A stretch of 64,000 nucleotides of DNA, from contig CAYVLA010000003.1 of the NCBI GenBank assembly GCA_964452145.1, forward strand, positions 1 to 64,000. Reading direction: 5' to 3'. The stretch comes from Candidatus Hadarchaeota archaeon (GTDB lineage: Archaea; CAYQAE01; CAYVLA01). The translations under genes and the position numbers were made by a program. Of this stretch, positions 19,504 through 29,428 are shown piece by piece; position 1 is the stretch's first letter; each line of letters starts with the position of its first letter. The notes below the pieces were generated by a model that was not told the DNA's origin, did no database searches, and saw only the letters and a list, made by a program, of their open reading frames with translations.

Positions 19504-20013
19504 CTTGGCATGCTCCCCGTGTCTTGAGTAATAAGTTTTGCCCAGAGAACCCAGAAGATCCGCATACCGAGAAGAACGATCACAGCGGCCCGCCATCATC
19601 TGCTTTCAACAACCCCGCTGAGGCAGAGTTCGACACATGAAGCCGAGGACGGGAAGCACCCCAAACGCGGGGATCTTCGAGGCGAGGTAGAGGCCTGTCC
19701 GGGCCGCCTTGTTCACAAACCATGGGCCAACAACACCCGATTGCCACATGCATGACTACTAGGGACAACGGCCCGCATGAATCGGCTGTCAACGCTTCAA
19801 TCAAGACCCGTAATGGCACCTTCCCCGATATCCCGTAGCCTCAAAGGGATCAGGCAGGGAGAGCAGATGGCCCGATCACCGGGGCTCTGCCTCACGAATC
19901 GAGGACCCCGGGGTCCTCTGGCATGAGACGTCAGTCTGACTCAGGCAACCTCGGATCCTGTCCATGGCATGATCCGAAAACAGATATGAAAGGCCCGTCC
20001 GCACGAGCCCAGG

Positions 20014-20778
20014 ATGGAGGAAAGGATCAGGGCCCACGTCAGGGAGATAGACCGCTGTAACCAGAGGGGCGGCAGGATGCTTAGCGTAACCGATCTGCTT
20101 GAGGCCGGAACCCTTGACAGGCAGATGGCCGGTTACCTCTTAGGCGCCATAAGCCAAGGTAAGTCCTTCCTGGTTGGCGCAAAGCCGGGGGGAGCCGGCA
20201 AGACAACGGTGATGGCAGCTCTTCTGAACTTCATCCCCGACGTTGACATAGTCCCGGTCCGAGGGCGGGCGGTCATCGAGAAACTGAGGACAGGCCCTCC
20301 ACGCTGCTTTCTCGCCCATGAGATCGGTCAAGGCATGTGGTATGCTTACATCTGGGGCGCCGACGTGGATGCCTTCCTCAGACTCGCGGATGACCACATA
20401 GTCGTCTCCAACCTGCATGCAGACGTCATCGAAGACGTGCTATCCGTTCCCGGAATCAACGAGGAGAATCTGTCGAAGATCCACCTACTCCTGTTTCTGC
20501 GCGTCGACCGAGAGAAGGAACGAACATGTAGAAGAATCGGTGCTGTGTACGAGAATCAGGGCGGAACCAACAGAGCAGGTTTCGCGCCCATCTATGTCTG
20601 GGACTCAAAGCGTCGGAAGTTCGAAGAGGTCGGGACCTCCAGACTGGTCGGACCCGATCGGTTCGAACGCTCCCTAGCCATCATCGACGAGATAGTCGAA
20701 GAGGGCATGCACTCTGTGGAGGAAGTCAGGACGATGGTGCTCAGATCACTGCACGGCGGACGTGGACAGGGAGTCTAG
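20014..20778 (+). CDS. Short P-loop ATPase related to secretion ATPases (VirB11/CpaF-like C-terminal domain)
   Basis: DLLEAGTL, GAKPGGAGKTTVMAALL, LAHEIG, SNLHAD. Confidence 0.65.
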   Translation: MEERIRAHVREIDRCNQRGGRMLSVTDLLEAGTLDRQMAGYLLGAISQGKSFLVGAKPGGAGKTTVMAALLNFIPDVDIVPVRGRAVIEKLRTGPPRCFLAHEIGQGMWYAYIWGADVDAFLRLADDHIVVSNLHADVIEDVLSVPGINEENLSKIHLLLFLRVDREKERTCRRIGAVYENQGGTNRAGFAPIYVWDSKRRKFEEVGTSRLVGPDRFERSLAIIDEIVEEGMHSVEEVRTMVLRSLHGGRGQGV

Positions 20779-21062
20779 CGTGTCGCTACCTGCAGAGTTC
20801 GCCCAGTCTCGAGCTGGATCCGGGATCATTTCAGGTTCAGTCACCCATCATTTCATCGAATCGAAGTGCAGTCTGAATCCTCTGCCTATACTTGGGAGGA
20901 GTCCACTATGAAGGCCTTGAGGATAACGGATGCCCACAGACTCGAACGGGGCACCTTACCGTCGCACTCCGTCCGTTGGTCCTCTTTGCCGGCCGGTTGG
21001 CCCAATCGGGCTATTTGTGGTCGGCGTTGAATCCACCCCGGGTGCCAGTGACTGACCGTGCA

Positions 21063-21821
21063 TCAGAAGGAGATCGATTCCTCGTAGAGGGTCAGCGAGA
21101 CCTTCAGCGCCGCCAGGATGACTCCCATGATGGCCATAACCACTATCAAGATCATGACCGTGCTGAGCTTCCCCTTCGGCCCAAACTCCACATAAACCCT
21201 TGCCTCGGCTGCGCTCGTTCCCCCGAAACTCCAGAATATGGACTGGCCATCGCTCCGGGGCAGCAAGGTCACGTCTCGGATCGGCAGGTAGTTGGATATC
21301 ACATGATCCTCGGGGATATGCACCAGGACTCTGGTCAGATTGACTCCGAGATTGGTGATTGCCGTTACCATCGAGAATCTGGCGCGCTGGCCTCCGCCGG
21401 TCAGCAGACGGAGGGACGTGACCCTCACCTTCTCCAGAACGCCGATCAGATGCATCGCAAGCTCCATCTCGAGACTCTCGGATGCGTCGAAAACCTGGAT
21501 GGTGACGACCACCCTGTCGACTTCGAAGTCGAAGGACGAGCTCACGTTGCAACCCGCTGTCCTGATCCGAACCTTCTCATCCAACTCGAGGTAGTCATCG
21601 GGGCCCTCGAACAACCTGTCCACCCCAAAGGGATAGGTGAATACGATCTCCCCGCTCCATCCCGGCTCAGTCTCGCAGATTACCCTATGTACCAGATCGA
21701 CGCTCCCGAAGGAGTCGAACTTGACCTCGTAGATCTGAAGCGTGACCCTCGGCCCTGCACATGCTACAAGACTCCCAGATGCCGTGAGGACCGCCCATGC
21801 AAGCAGAAATAGCCATCTCAT
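21063..21821 (-). CDS. Hypothetical exported, C-terminally membrane-anchored protein
   Basis: Signal-like N-terminus, beta-rich middle, C-terminal TM. Confidence 0.6.
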   Translation of the reverse strand: MRWLFLLAWAVLTASGSLVACAGPRVTLQIYEVKFDSFGSVDLVHRVICETEPGWSGEIVFTYPFGVDRLFEGPDDYLELDEKVRIRTAGCNVSSSFDFEVDRVVVTIQVFDASESLEMELAMHLIGVLEKVRVTSLRLLTGGGQRARFSMVTAITNLGVNLTRVLVHIPEDHVISNYLPIRDVTLLPRSDGQSIFWSFGGTSAAEARVYVEFGPKGKLSTVMILIVVMAIMGVILAALKVSLTLYEESISF

Positions 21822-21879
21822 CCGGGTACTCCGCCAGACCTATGGGACTCTCTCCGGATATCTGTGTGATCGCCCCATA

Positions 21880-22398
21880 TTAGATCTTCTTTGCGAGCTT
21901 TGAGATCGCTTCGATCAAAGCATCCTCCTTGAACTGAAGGGCTACAACCGGTATCCTGACGACCTTCTCCAGGGTGTTGGCTGCGATCGGCCCACAGATG
22001 ATCCCCTTCATCTTCTCCCTCTCCGCCCTTATGCCCTGGATGATCTCCTCCTCGATCGTCAGCGCGGGATACTCCCTTATCATCAGAAGTTCGTCGCGGC
22101 CCTCCGGTCTCATCTCCCGCTGCAGTGTGTCCAGGGCCCCTCTTGCAGTTATGATCCCGATGCTTCCCCGTCCGGCCCGGTCGATGTTCTCCATGGAGCG
22201 GACCAGCTTTCTGAGATTTGAGAGCATGAAATCCTCGCGTTTGAGGCTGAGTATCTTGTAGAGGGTGTTCGGCGGCATTCCCGACTTTTCGCAGAACTCC
22301 TTGGCCGAGATGTTCCTCTCGACTAGAAAAGCTCTGACGGCCTCAACCATCTTGGCAGTCGATTCCATCGAAGCCCGGAGAACTCCTTCCGCGTCCAT
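21880..22398 (-). CDS. XRE-type HTH transcriptional regulator with C-terminal effector domain
   Basis: ISAKEFCEKSGMPPNTLYKI HTH; GIICGPIAA; divergent from the ABC importer. Confidence 0.8.
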   Translation of the reverse strand: MDAEGVLRASMESTAKMVEAVRAFLVERNISAKEFCEKSGMPPNTLYKILSLKREDFMLSNLRKLVRSMENIDRAGRGSIGIITARGALDTLQREMRPEGRDELLMIREYPALTIEEEIIQGIRAEREKMKGIICGPIAANTLEKVVRIPVVALQFKEDALIEAISKLAKKI

Positions 22399-22522
22399 TT
22401 CTTGCCTTCTAGGGAACAGGAGCCGTCCAAAGCTATTAAGGGTTTTCCTTTGGAGGAACACATTATGCCTTTATGACCAAACCTTTTAAGGCCCCGTCGA
22501 CTTGACCCAGCTGGTGACGGAA

Positions 22523-23524
22523 ATGAAGACCAAGATTCTCGCAACCATCGTGATACTGGCGGCAATCTTAGTCGTGGCAGCGGTTCTCCTCACCCGCGGG
22601 GGCCAGGAACTGAACCTTACCAAGATCAAGTACGGGGGACAATACTATCCTGACGAGTTCCTCCTCTACGGCCTCGGGGCAGAGCTGTGGGACAAGTACG
22701 GCATCGAGGTCGACCACAAGATCTTCAGCTCGGCCGGCGAGAGCAACGATGCCCTCATCTCGGGAACAGTTGACATCAATTGCGGCGCCGACACTCGGAC
22801 GGTCGCCCTCTTCACCGTCATGCCTGATGAGATCCTGATCATAGGCACGGTGGAGCGTGGCAACCGCTACTCAACCATCGTCAAAGTTGCCAGCCCCTAC
22901 CAGTCATGGCAGGACCTGAAGGGCAAGAAGATCGGCATCAAGCTCGGCACCGGGGCGGAAGGCGTTCTGAGGAAGTTCTTTGACAGAGAAGGCCTCAACT
23001 GGGAGGACTATCAGTGGGTCAACATCAACGTTGAGGACATGATAGCCTATCTCCAGCAGGGAACCATCGAGGCCTTCCATGCATGGGAGTTCACCCCCGC
23101 AATCGCGGAGACCAATGGCATCGGCAGGATTCTGCGAACCTATGGCGATGTTGGTCTTGTGCCGGCCTCCATTCACACGACTCGGAAGTTCGCCGAGGAG
23201 AACAGGGAAGCTGTGGTAAGATTCTTGGCGGCCCACATAGAGAAGGCGAGCATCATAGAGAACGACCCCGAGAGAGCCGCCCAGATGGCTCTAGAAGCCG
23301 CCAACCAAAGGGGGTTGAACGTCACCATCGAGGCGTTCAGAAAAGTCTTCGCCCGGATTGACTACCGCATAGACTTCAACCAGACCATCATAGACGCGAT
23401 CACGGAGACCGCGGAGTTTCTCAAATCCCAGGGCAAGATCGAATCGGTGCCAACCATATCATGGGACACCAGCTACCTAGAAGAAGCCCAGAAGCTCTAC
23501 GAGAAGATCAAGAAAAAGGGCTGA
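22523..23524 (+). CDS. ABC substrate-binding protein, NitT/TauA/SsuA family
   Basis: N-terminal TM, DLKGKKIG..GT, AWEF motif; followed by permeases. Confidence 0.88.
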   Translation: MKTKILATIVILAAILVVAAVLLTRGGQELNLTKIKYGGQYYPDEFLLYGLGAELWDKYGIEVDHKIFSSAGESNDALISGTVDINCGADTRTVALFTVMPDEILIIGTVERGNRYSTIVKVASPYQSWQDLKGKKIGIKLGTGAEGVLRKFFDREGLNWEDYQWVNINVEDMIAYLQQGTIEAFHAWEFTPAIAETNGIGRILRTYGDVGLVPASIHTTRKFAEENREAVVRFLAAHIEKASIIENDPERAAQMALEAANQRGLNVTIEAFRKVFARIDYRIDFNQTIIDAITETAEFLKSQGKIESVPTISWDTSYLEEAQKLYEKIKKKG

Positions 23525-23527
23525 GAT

Positions 23528-24340
23528 TTGGAGTCCCGAAGGGCCCGCAGGTACCTTCACAGCGCGGGCTCCTTCATCTTGCCCCTGCTCTTCTTCCTGG
23601 TTCTGTGGGAGCTACTCTCGCGGACGGGCCTGGTTAGACCCGTCCTGTTCCCTCCCCCATCCAAGGTCTTGCCGAGGCTTGCCCTCCTCTTCAGCTCCAG
23701 AACCCAGGCGGGGAGCTCCCTCCTTCTGAAGCACATCTTCACCAGTCTCTACCGCCTCCTTCTAGGCTTCGCGGCCGCAGCGATGGCTGGCCTCGCCCTC
23801 GGACTCGCCATGGGTAATAACAGATACATCAATGCATACTTCGGTCCGATCATCAGCGTCTTAATGCCGGTTCCCGGCATCACGTGGGCACCGATATTGG
23901 TGCTCGTTCTGGGCTTCGGGGACCCCACGCTGATCGCGGTCACCTTCATCGCGACCATATTCCCGGTAGTCTACAACACCGCTGCGGGCGTAAGAAGCAT
24001 CAAGAAGGAGGTGCTATGGGCAGCCAGGATCATGGGGGCTGGAAGGGGCTCGCTTTTCTTCAGAGTACTGCTTCCCTCCAGCGCGCCCTACGTCCTCACA
24101 GGGCTGAAGCTGGGCCTTGCGAGGGGGTGGAGGACGCTCATAGCGGTCGAGATGATTGCCTCCGCGCTATGGGGACTGGGATACATGATCTTTGACGCAA
24201 AGGAGTACATCCGAACCGATATCATCTACGCCGGGATAATCGTCATGGCAATCATCTACGCCTTTGTTGAGAAGGCGGCCTTCGGATCCATCGAAGCGAG
24301 AACCATCGAGAGATGGGGGATGGTGACCGATCTTGCCTAG
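23528..24340 (+). CDS. ABC permease, NitT/TauC family
   Basis: FPPPSKV, PVPGITWAP, AARIMGA, IAVEMI. Confidence 0.92.
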   Translation: MESRRARRYLHSAGSFILPLLFFLVLWELLSRTGLVRPVLFPPPSKVLPRLALLFSSRTQAGSSLLLKHIFTSLYRLLLGFAAAAMAGLALGLAMGNNRYINAYFGPIISVLMPVPGITWAPILVLVLGFGDPTLIAVTFIATIFPVVYNTAAGVRSIKKEVLWAARIMGAGRGSLFFRVLLPSSAPYVLTGLKLGLARGWRTLIAVEMIASALWGLGYMIFDAKEYIRTDIIYAGIIVMAIIYAFVEKAAFGSIEARTIERWGMVTDLA

Positions 24341-25133
24341 GATCAGGTGTTTGGGGAGGTTGAAGGGCCCGATCCTCTTCCTGCTACCGCTGGCATCCAT
24401 AGTGATCCTGTGGCAGCTGGTTGTCGAGGCACAGCTCATAAGGGTTCTACCCTCACCGCTTGACGTCGCAGGGGCACTGAGTTCCCTACTGACCAGAACC
24501 CGGAACGGTTGGCCGATATTGGCCATGCATCTTGGCCGTAGCCTAATCAGGGTCGCAGCGGGATTAGGCCTGGCCGTGGGCTTCGGCATACCGGTTGGTC
24601 TGGTCATGGGCACGTACAGGCAGGTCAACTTCCTCCTGGGTCCCCTCTTCTCCCTCCTCCTCCCGGTTCCCACGATGGCTTGGGTCCCGATCCTCCTCAT
24701 CCTCTGGGGTCTGGGCGACCAGACCATCATTGTGGCCATCTTCCTGGGAGGATTCTTCAGCATCGCCTACAACACCGCCAGCGGTGTGCGGGCAATCGAC
24801 AGAGACCTCATGCGGGCGGCTAGGACGATGGGAGCATCGAGATTTGATCTCTTCACCAGGGTTCTGGTCCCAGGCTCCATGGTCTCGGTCCTGGCGGGGC
24901 TCAGGCTTGCCGTGGGGTACTCATGGAGGGCATTGGTCGGTGCCGAGATGCTGGCATCCGCCGACTGGGGACTGGGATACCTAGTGTTCGCTGCAAGGAG
25001 ATTCGCTGCGGTGGATGTGATGTTCGCAGGCCTCTTCGTCATAATGGTGACCGGGTACGCCATGGAGAACCTCCTGGTGGGCTCTCTGGAGAAAAGGACG
25101 GTGTTGAAATGGGGCACGATGAAGAACCAGTAG
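24333..25133 (+). CDS. ABC permease, NitT/TauC family
   Basis: LPSPLDV, PVPTMAWVP, AARTMGAS, VGAEML. Confidence 0.92.
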   Translation: MPRIRCLGRLKGPILFLLPLASIVILWQLVVEAQLIRVLPSPLDVAGALSSLLTRTRNGWPILAMHLGRSLIRVAAGLGLAVGFGIPVGLVMGTYRQVNFLLGPLFSLLLPVPTMAWVPILLILWGLGDQTIIVAIFLGGFFSIAYNTASGVRAIDRDLMRAARTMGASRFDLFTRVLVPGSMVSVLAGLRLAVGYSWRALVGAEMLASADWGLGYLVFAARRFAAVDVMFAGLFVIMVTGYAMENLLVGSLEKRTVLKWGTMKNQ

Positions 25134-25939
25134 GATCGCGCTCCAAGATCGAGGCCCGCCACGTGAGAAAGGAGTTTGGGGCGGGACCAAACAGAGTGCT
25201 CGCGATTGAGGATGTGAGCTTCTCGGTCAAGGAGAACCAGTTCTGCGTCATCGTGGGGCCCTCCGGCTGTGGCAAGTCGACTCTTCTCTACCTGGCAGCG
25301 GGCTTCGAGAAACCCACATCAGGGGAGATCCTCCTCAACGGCAAGAGGATAGAGGGGCCAGGCCCCGACCGCGGTTTCGTCTTCCAGGAGTTCGCCCTCT
25401 ATCCGTGGAAGAACGTACTGGACAACGTGAGTTTCGGCCTCGAGATCCAGGGCGTGGACAAGAAGCTGGCAAGACAGAGGGCGGAGGAATACGTCAAGAT
25501 GATAGGCCTCTCCGGCTTTGAAGGGGCATATCCCCACACGCTGTCAGGCGGGATGAAGCAGAGGGTCGGGATAGCACGGGCAATGGCCTACGATCCAGAG
25601 GTGCTCCTGATGGACGAGCCCTTCGGCTCCCTGGACGCCCAGACCAAAAAGCTGATGCAGACGGAGCTTCTCAGAGTGTGGGCGAAGAGCAGAAAGACCG
25701 TGCTGTACGTTACCCATAGCGTTGTGGAGGCCACCTACTTAGCCGATGTGGTTGTCGTCCTGACCGTACGCCCCTCCAGGGTCAAAGGCATCGTGCAGAT
25801 CGACCTTCCCCGCCCGAGGAGCTACACGGACGATGACTACCTTGGTGCCAGGGAGAGAATACTCGCGCTTCTGGACGAGGAAGTCGAGAAGGCCTTCCGG
25901 GACGCGAAGAAGCCGCCTCCCGGTCCGGATGCGGGATGA
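25109..25939 (+). CDS. ABC ATPase, NitT/TauB family
   Basis: GPSGCGKST, LSGGMKQR, LMDEPFGSLD; start approximate. Confidence 0.93.
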   Translation: MGHDEEPVGSRSKIEARHVRKEFGAGPNRVLAIEDVSFSVKENQFCVIVGPSGCGKSTLLYLAAGFEKPTSGEILLNGKRIEGPGPDRGFVFQEFALYPWKNVLDNVSFGLEIQGVDKKLARQRAEEYVKMIGLSGFEGAYPHTLSGGMKQRVGIARAMAYDPEVLLMDEPFGSLDAQTKKLMQTELLRVWAKSRKTVLYVTHSVVEATYLADVVVVLTVRPSRVKGIVQIDLPRPRSYTDDDYLGARERILALLDEEVEKAFRDAKKPPPGPDAG

Positions 25940-26689
25940 TCACCGGAAGAGGAAGGAAAGCTCCTTGTCAACGATGTTGTTCTCGAGTTTCTCGTATCTC
26001 TCCAGGCTGCCGACGTCGTACCAGAACGACTCGGTGATGTGCCCCCGGACTGACTCGCCCTTGGCGATGAGGGCCGGGATCACGTCACCGGTAAGGTCTA
26101 TGCTCAGCTTGGCACCTTTCGCCCGCCTCTCCTTCTCTATATCCTCGACGACGTTCATGATCCTTCGATTCACGCAGAAGATCCCGATCGATACCGGTCG
26201 CCCGAGCATGGGTTTCTCCACGAAGCCCTTCACGGAGCTGTCCGGCATCAAGTCGGCGACCCCCACCCTGACGGGGAAATCCGAGGCGAGCGCCACCGTG
26301 CAGGCTGCCCTTGATCGCTTATGATCGTCCCAGAGCCTGCCTAGGTGCACGGCGCTCAGGATGTCTCCGTAGTAGACCACGAAGTCTTCCTCGAGCATGT
26401 CCCGAGCGTGCAGAAGCGCGCCCGCGGTCCCGCTCACATCCTTAGTGTCTTGAACGAACCTGAACTTGGCGTTGAACCTGGGACCCTCGTTGAAGTAGTT
26501 CGTGATCTGGTTCGCCCGGTAATTGATCAGCATAACGATATCGTCGAACCCATGGTGGGTCAGCAGCCTGACGACGTACTCCAGAAGGGGCTTCTCCTTG
26601 GGGCCGACCGGGACCATCGTCTTCTGGAAGTAGAAAGTCAAAGGTCTGAGGCGAACCCCCTCCCCCCCGCAAAGAACAACAGCCTGCAT
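25940..26689 (-). CDS. NDP-sugar pyrophosphorylase (nucleotidyltransferase)
   Basis: LCGGEGVRLRPLT, GTAGAL, YYGD, FVEKP, WYDVGS. Confidence 0.92.
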   Translation of the reverse strand: MQAVVLCGGEGVRLRPLTFYFQKTMVPVGPKEKPLLEYVVRLLTHHGFDDIVMLINYRANQITNYFNEGPRFNAKFRFVQDTKDVSGTAGALLHARDMLEEDFVVYYGDILSAVHLGRLWDDHKRSRAACTVALASDFPVRVGVADLMPDSSVKGFVEKPMLGRPVSIGIFCVNRRIMNVVEDIEKERRAKGAKLSIDLTGDVIPALIAKGESVRGHITESFWYDVGSLERYEKLENNIVDKELSFLFR

Positions 26690-26811
26690 GGACAGAGCTA
26701 GGGCACTGCCTTAAATAACCAATGCAAGGGTCGGCTACAAAACCGCTTTCAAGCCTTTCAACCCGGCGACTTGGAACAAAGATATTTAGGAGGCCACCTG
26801 CCGCTAGGCAC

Positions 26812-27453
26812 ATGGCGGGCCCGATGGGGGAACGTGCCCTGCTACCCAAGGCGCGCAGGTTTCTGTCAGAGAGCTTGGGATACCAGGACCCCTGCATACT
26901 GGAGGAGGTGCCCTCGCCCTGGGGCCGTCCCGACCTAGTAGCCCTCAGGCCGAACCCGAGCGTCCCGACCCCGTTCCTTCCAACCGAGAGAGCTGCGTTG
27001 TCCCTGATCTCACTGCTGGAATCGAAGGGATCAAGCAGGGTGTGCGACCTGAGCCGTCGTCTCGGCATCAGCATGCGGGGCCTGGAAAGGCTACTTGGCC
27101 ATCTGGAGGAGCGGGGCCTGATCGAGAATCGCAAGGACCTCGTCCTCCCTTCCCCGGCTGTTTGCCCGGGCCTCGGACATCTCATCGCTGTGGAACTCAA
27201 GGTTGCTGACTGGGGGTCGGGCCTAGCGCAAGCCTGCAGATACAGGATCTTCGCGGATGAGGTGCTCCTCTTCCTGGGCAGGGCGAGCCGGCGGGTGAAC
27301 CTTGATGGCTTTCGTCGTGCCAGGGTAGGCCTGGTCGACATCGGCAGAGGATCTGTGGTGCTCGTTCCGACCCGACCGACCACCTCCTGCAATGTCCAGG
27401 CGGGCAGGAGACTGGTTGAGGCTCGGGTGGGCAGGCTGCTCGGCAGCTTCTAG
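26812..27453 (+). CDS. PD-(D/E)xK nuclease-like protein with inserted winged HTH
   Basis: EVP..GRPDLV, HTH (DLSRRLGIS...LEERGLI), AVELKV.DW..GLAQACRY. Confidence 0.6.
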   Translation: MAGPMGERALLPKARRFLSESLGYQDPCILEEVPSPWGRPDLVALRPNPSVPTPFLPTERAALSLISLLESKGSSRVCDLSRRLGISMRGLERLLGHLEERGLIENRKDLVLPSPAVCPGLGHLIAVELKVADWGSGLAQACRYRIFADEVLLFLGRASRRVNLDGFRRARVGLVDIGRGSVVLVPTRPTTSCNVQAGRRLVEARVGRLLGSF

Positions 27454-28262
27454 GAAAAGGCCTTCCTCAAGTACTCTATGCTCCTGGCGGCGATCGTCTT
27501 CGGATCGGGTGAGAAGTCGAAGACCTCGACCGACACGTAATTGTCGTATCCGATGTCCCGAAGGGCCCGGGCAATCGGAACGAAGTCGGTGCATCCGAAG
27601 CCAGGGCCCCGCTTGTTTGCATCGTTTGCGTGAACGTGGGCCACCCACCCCCTGGCACTGCGCACTATGGAAGGTATGTCCTTCCCCTCGCTGCTCATGG
27701 CCTTCACGTCCAGTATGATTCTGAAGTTGGGACTATCCATCTCCCTGGCCATCTGGATCGCCTCCCCGGCTGTGTTTATGAAGTTGGTTTCCTCGGGTGA
27801 GAGCGGCTCGACGCAGAGGGTCACGCCCCTCTCCTCGGCCACGACCAGGCACTGGCCGAAAACCTCTTTGGCCAGCTTCCAAGCTTCGGAATACGCCACA
27901 CCCTCAACCATGTTTCTCTGCTTGGGCGAACCGACGACCATCATGTGCCCGCCGATGTCCCCGCAGAACCTGATCAGCTCCTGGAGATAGCGTGAAGTCC
28001 GGTCCCTCAGAGCTTTGTCGGGATGGTTTATGTACAGGCCCTCAGGCTTCACCAGAAGCCAGTGTAGGCCCACTACCTCCAAGCCGACTGATTCCGCATT
28101 CTCCCGTATCTCGCGCCTCTCTTGGGGCGAGAGCTGTACCACGCTGTCGGCCAATGTAAACGGCGCGATCTCGACGCCATCATAGCCCGCCGATTTGGAG
28201 TACTCCATCACGTCGCGAAGCTTCCAGCCTTGGAACATCTCATTGCATACCGAGAATCTCAT
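27450..28262 (-). CDS. Sugar phosphate isomerase/epimerase (ketose 3-epimerase-like TIM barrel)
   Basis: GYDGVEIAP, VEPLSPEETNFINT, HVHAND, SVEVF. Confidence 0.88.
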   Translation of the reverse strand: MRFSVCNEMFQGWKLRDVMEYSKSAGYDGVEIAPFTLADSVVQLSPQERREIRENAESVGLEVVGLHWLLVKPEGLYINHPDKALRDRTSRYLQELIRFCGDIGGHMMVVGSPKQRNMVEGVAYSEAWKLAKEVFGQCLVVAEERGVTLCVEPLSPEETNFINTAGEAIQMAREMDSPNFRIILDVKAMSSEGKDIPSIVRSARGWVAHVHANDANKRGPGFGCTDFVPIARALRDIGYDNYVSVEVFDFSPDPKTIAARSIEYLRKAFS

Positions 28263-28303
28263 GGAGACCGTCTTCGATCGGGGACGGATGGATGAAAATC
28301 TTC

Positions 28304-29320
28304 CTACCTCGCCCCGCCCCAAGCCTCTCTGGCTGCTGCCACCATGGCCTTTATCGCTGCATGCGGCGTCTTGGGAGGGACCTCACACCCGGTCGAGAAG
28401 ATGAAGAGCCCCTTGCGCTCTGAGCTTCTAACCGCATCAACAACGACCTTGGTTCGGAGTCTGACGTCCTCGGCGGTGCAAAAGCGAAGGACGGAAGGAT
28501 CCAAGTTTCCCTTTAGAACCGCCTTTTTCAAACCCGATATCGCGTCGAAGATGCCCACCTTGTGATCCACATCCACTACGTCGACCAAGCGATCTAGCTC
28601 GCCCAGGATCGGTGTGATGTTGCCGCATATGTGCATCTGCACGAGCGCCCCGGTCTTCCGTATGCTCTCAGCCAGCTTCCTGTCATATGCAGCCAACTTG
28701 CCGATGTAGGTTCCGGGGGAGAGAACATCCATGGACGACGATGCGTTCCCTATGGCGATCACATCCGCGCCCTCCTCAACGAGCACGCGGGCGAAATCGC
28801 TGCTGACTTTGAGGCATCTATCTAGCAAGGGCCTCACATCCCTGTCCCCTCTCATCAGATCGACGATCATCCCTTTGAATCCTCTCAGCTGAGCGGCGAG
28901 CTGGAAGGCACTCATCACCCAGGCGATCACCGCGTAATCCCCTTGGGACATCGCCCTTACGGCTTCTATCTTGACCGGGAACCTGCCGTCGTTTCTCACA
29001 TCCGGCATCGGCAGTTCGTCCACCGCCATGATATCCAGGGCGGGTACCTCGAGCCTGGGGAACTCGTTCTCGGGTCGGTTGGACCTGCTCCCCATCGTCT
29101 CAGCTTCGATGAGGACGTCGCTCGCGGCATTGACTGAGTCAACGCCGAAGAGCTTTGCCGACTCCATCTGGGCCCTCGCCATGGACTCGCCCGTCTCGCA
29201 ATAGCTCTTGATCGATACACCAGCAACCTCGCAGGCAGTTGCTTTGAGGAAGGGAGCCACCGAAAGCTCGTCCGGTTCGCCTTCCCTGCAACCCCTCAAG
29301 AACCTCTCCCTAGGCTTCAA
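28304..29320 (-). CDS. Uroporphyrinogen decarboxylase family (MtaA/CmuA-like methyltransferase)
   Basis: EAETMG, MHICGN, KGNLDP, STGCEVPP zinc-binding motifs. Confidence 0.85.
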   Translation of the reverse strand: MKPRERFLRGCREGEPDELSVAPFLKATACEVAGVSIKSYCETGESMARAQMESAKLFGVDSVNAASDVLIEAETMGSRSNRPENEFPRLEVPALDIMAVDELPMPDVRNDGRFPVKIEAVRAMSQGDYAVIAWVMSAFQLAAQLRGFKGMIVDLMRGDRDVRPLLDRCLKVSSDFARVLVEEGADVIAIGNASSSMDVLSPGTYIGKLAAYDRKLAESIRKTGALVQMHICGNITPILGELDRLVDVVDVDHKVGIFDAISGLKKAVLKGNLDPSVLRFCTAEDVRLRTKVVVDAVRSSERKGLFIFSTGCEVPPKTPHAAIKAMVAAAREAWGGAR

Positions 29321-29428
29321 TGTCGCACCTCACTATCCCATCCTGCTTCACCGTCAGGAAGACAGACTTATGTCTTTTCACTCAACCCTAGGTCATCTTG
29401 TTCTTCCTTTGCGAACTGACCCACCTGG

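Noticed and set aside
28304..29320. MtaA-like gene as evidence of methanogenesis
   Set aside because: The UroD/MtaA family is widespread in non-methanogens, and no corrinoid protein or mcr genes are adjacent
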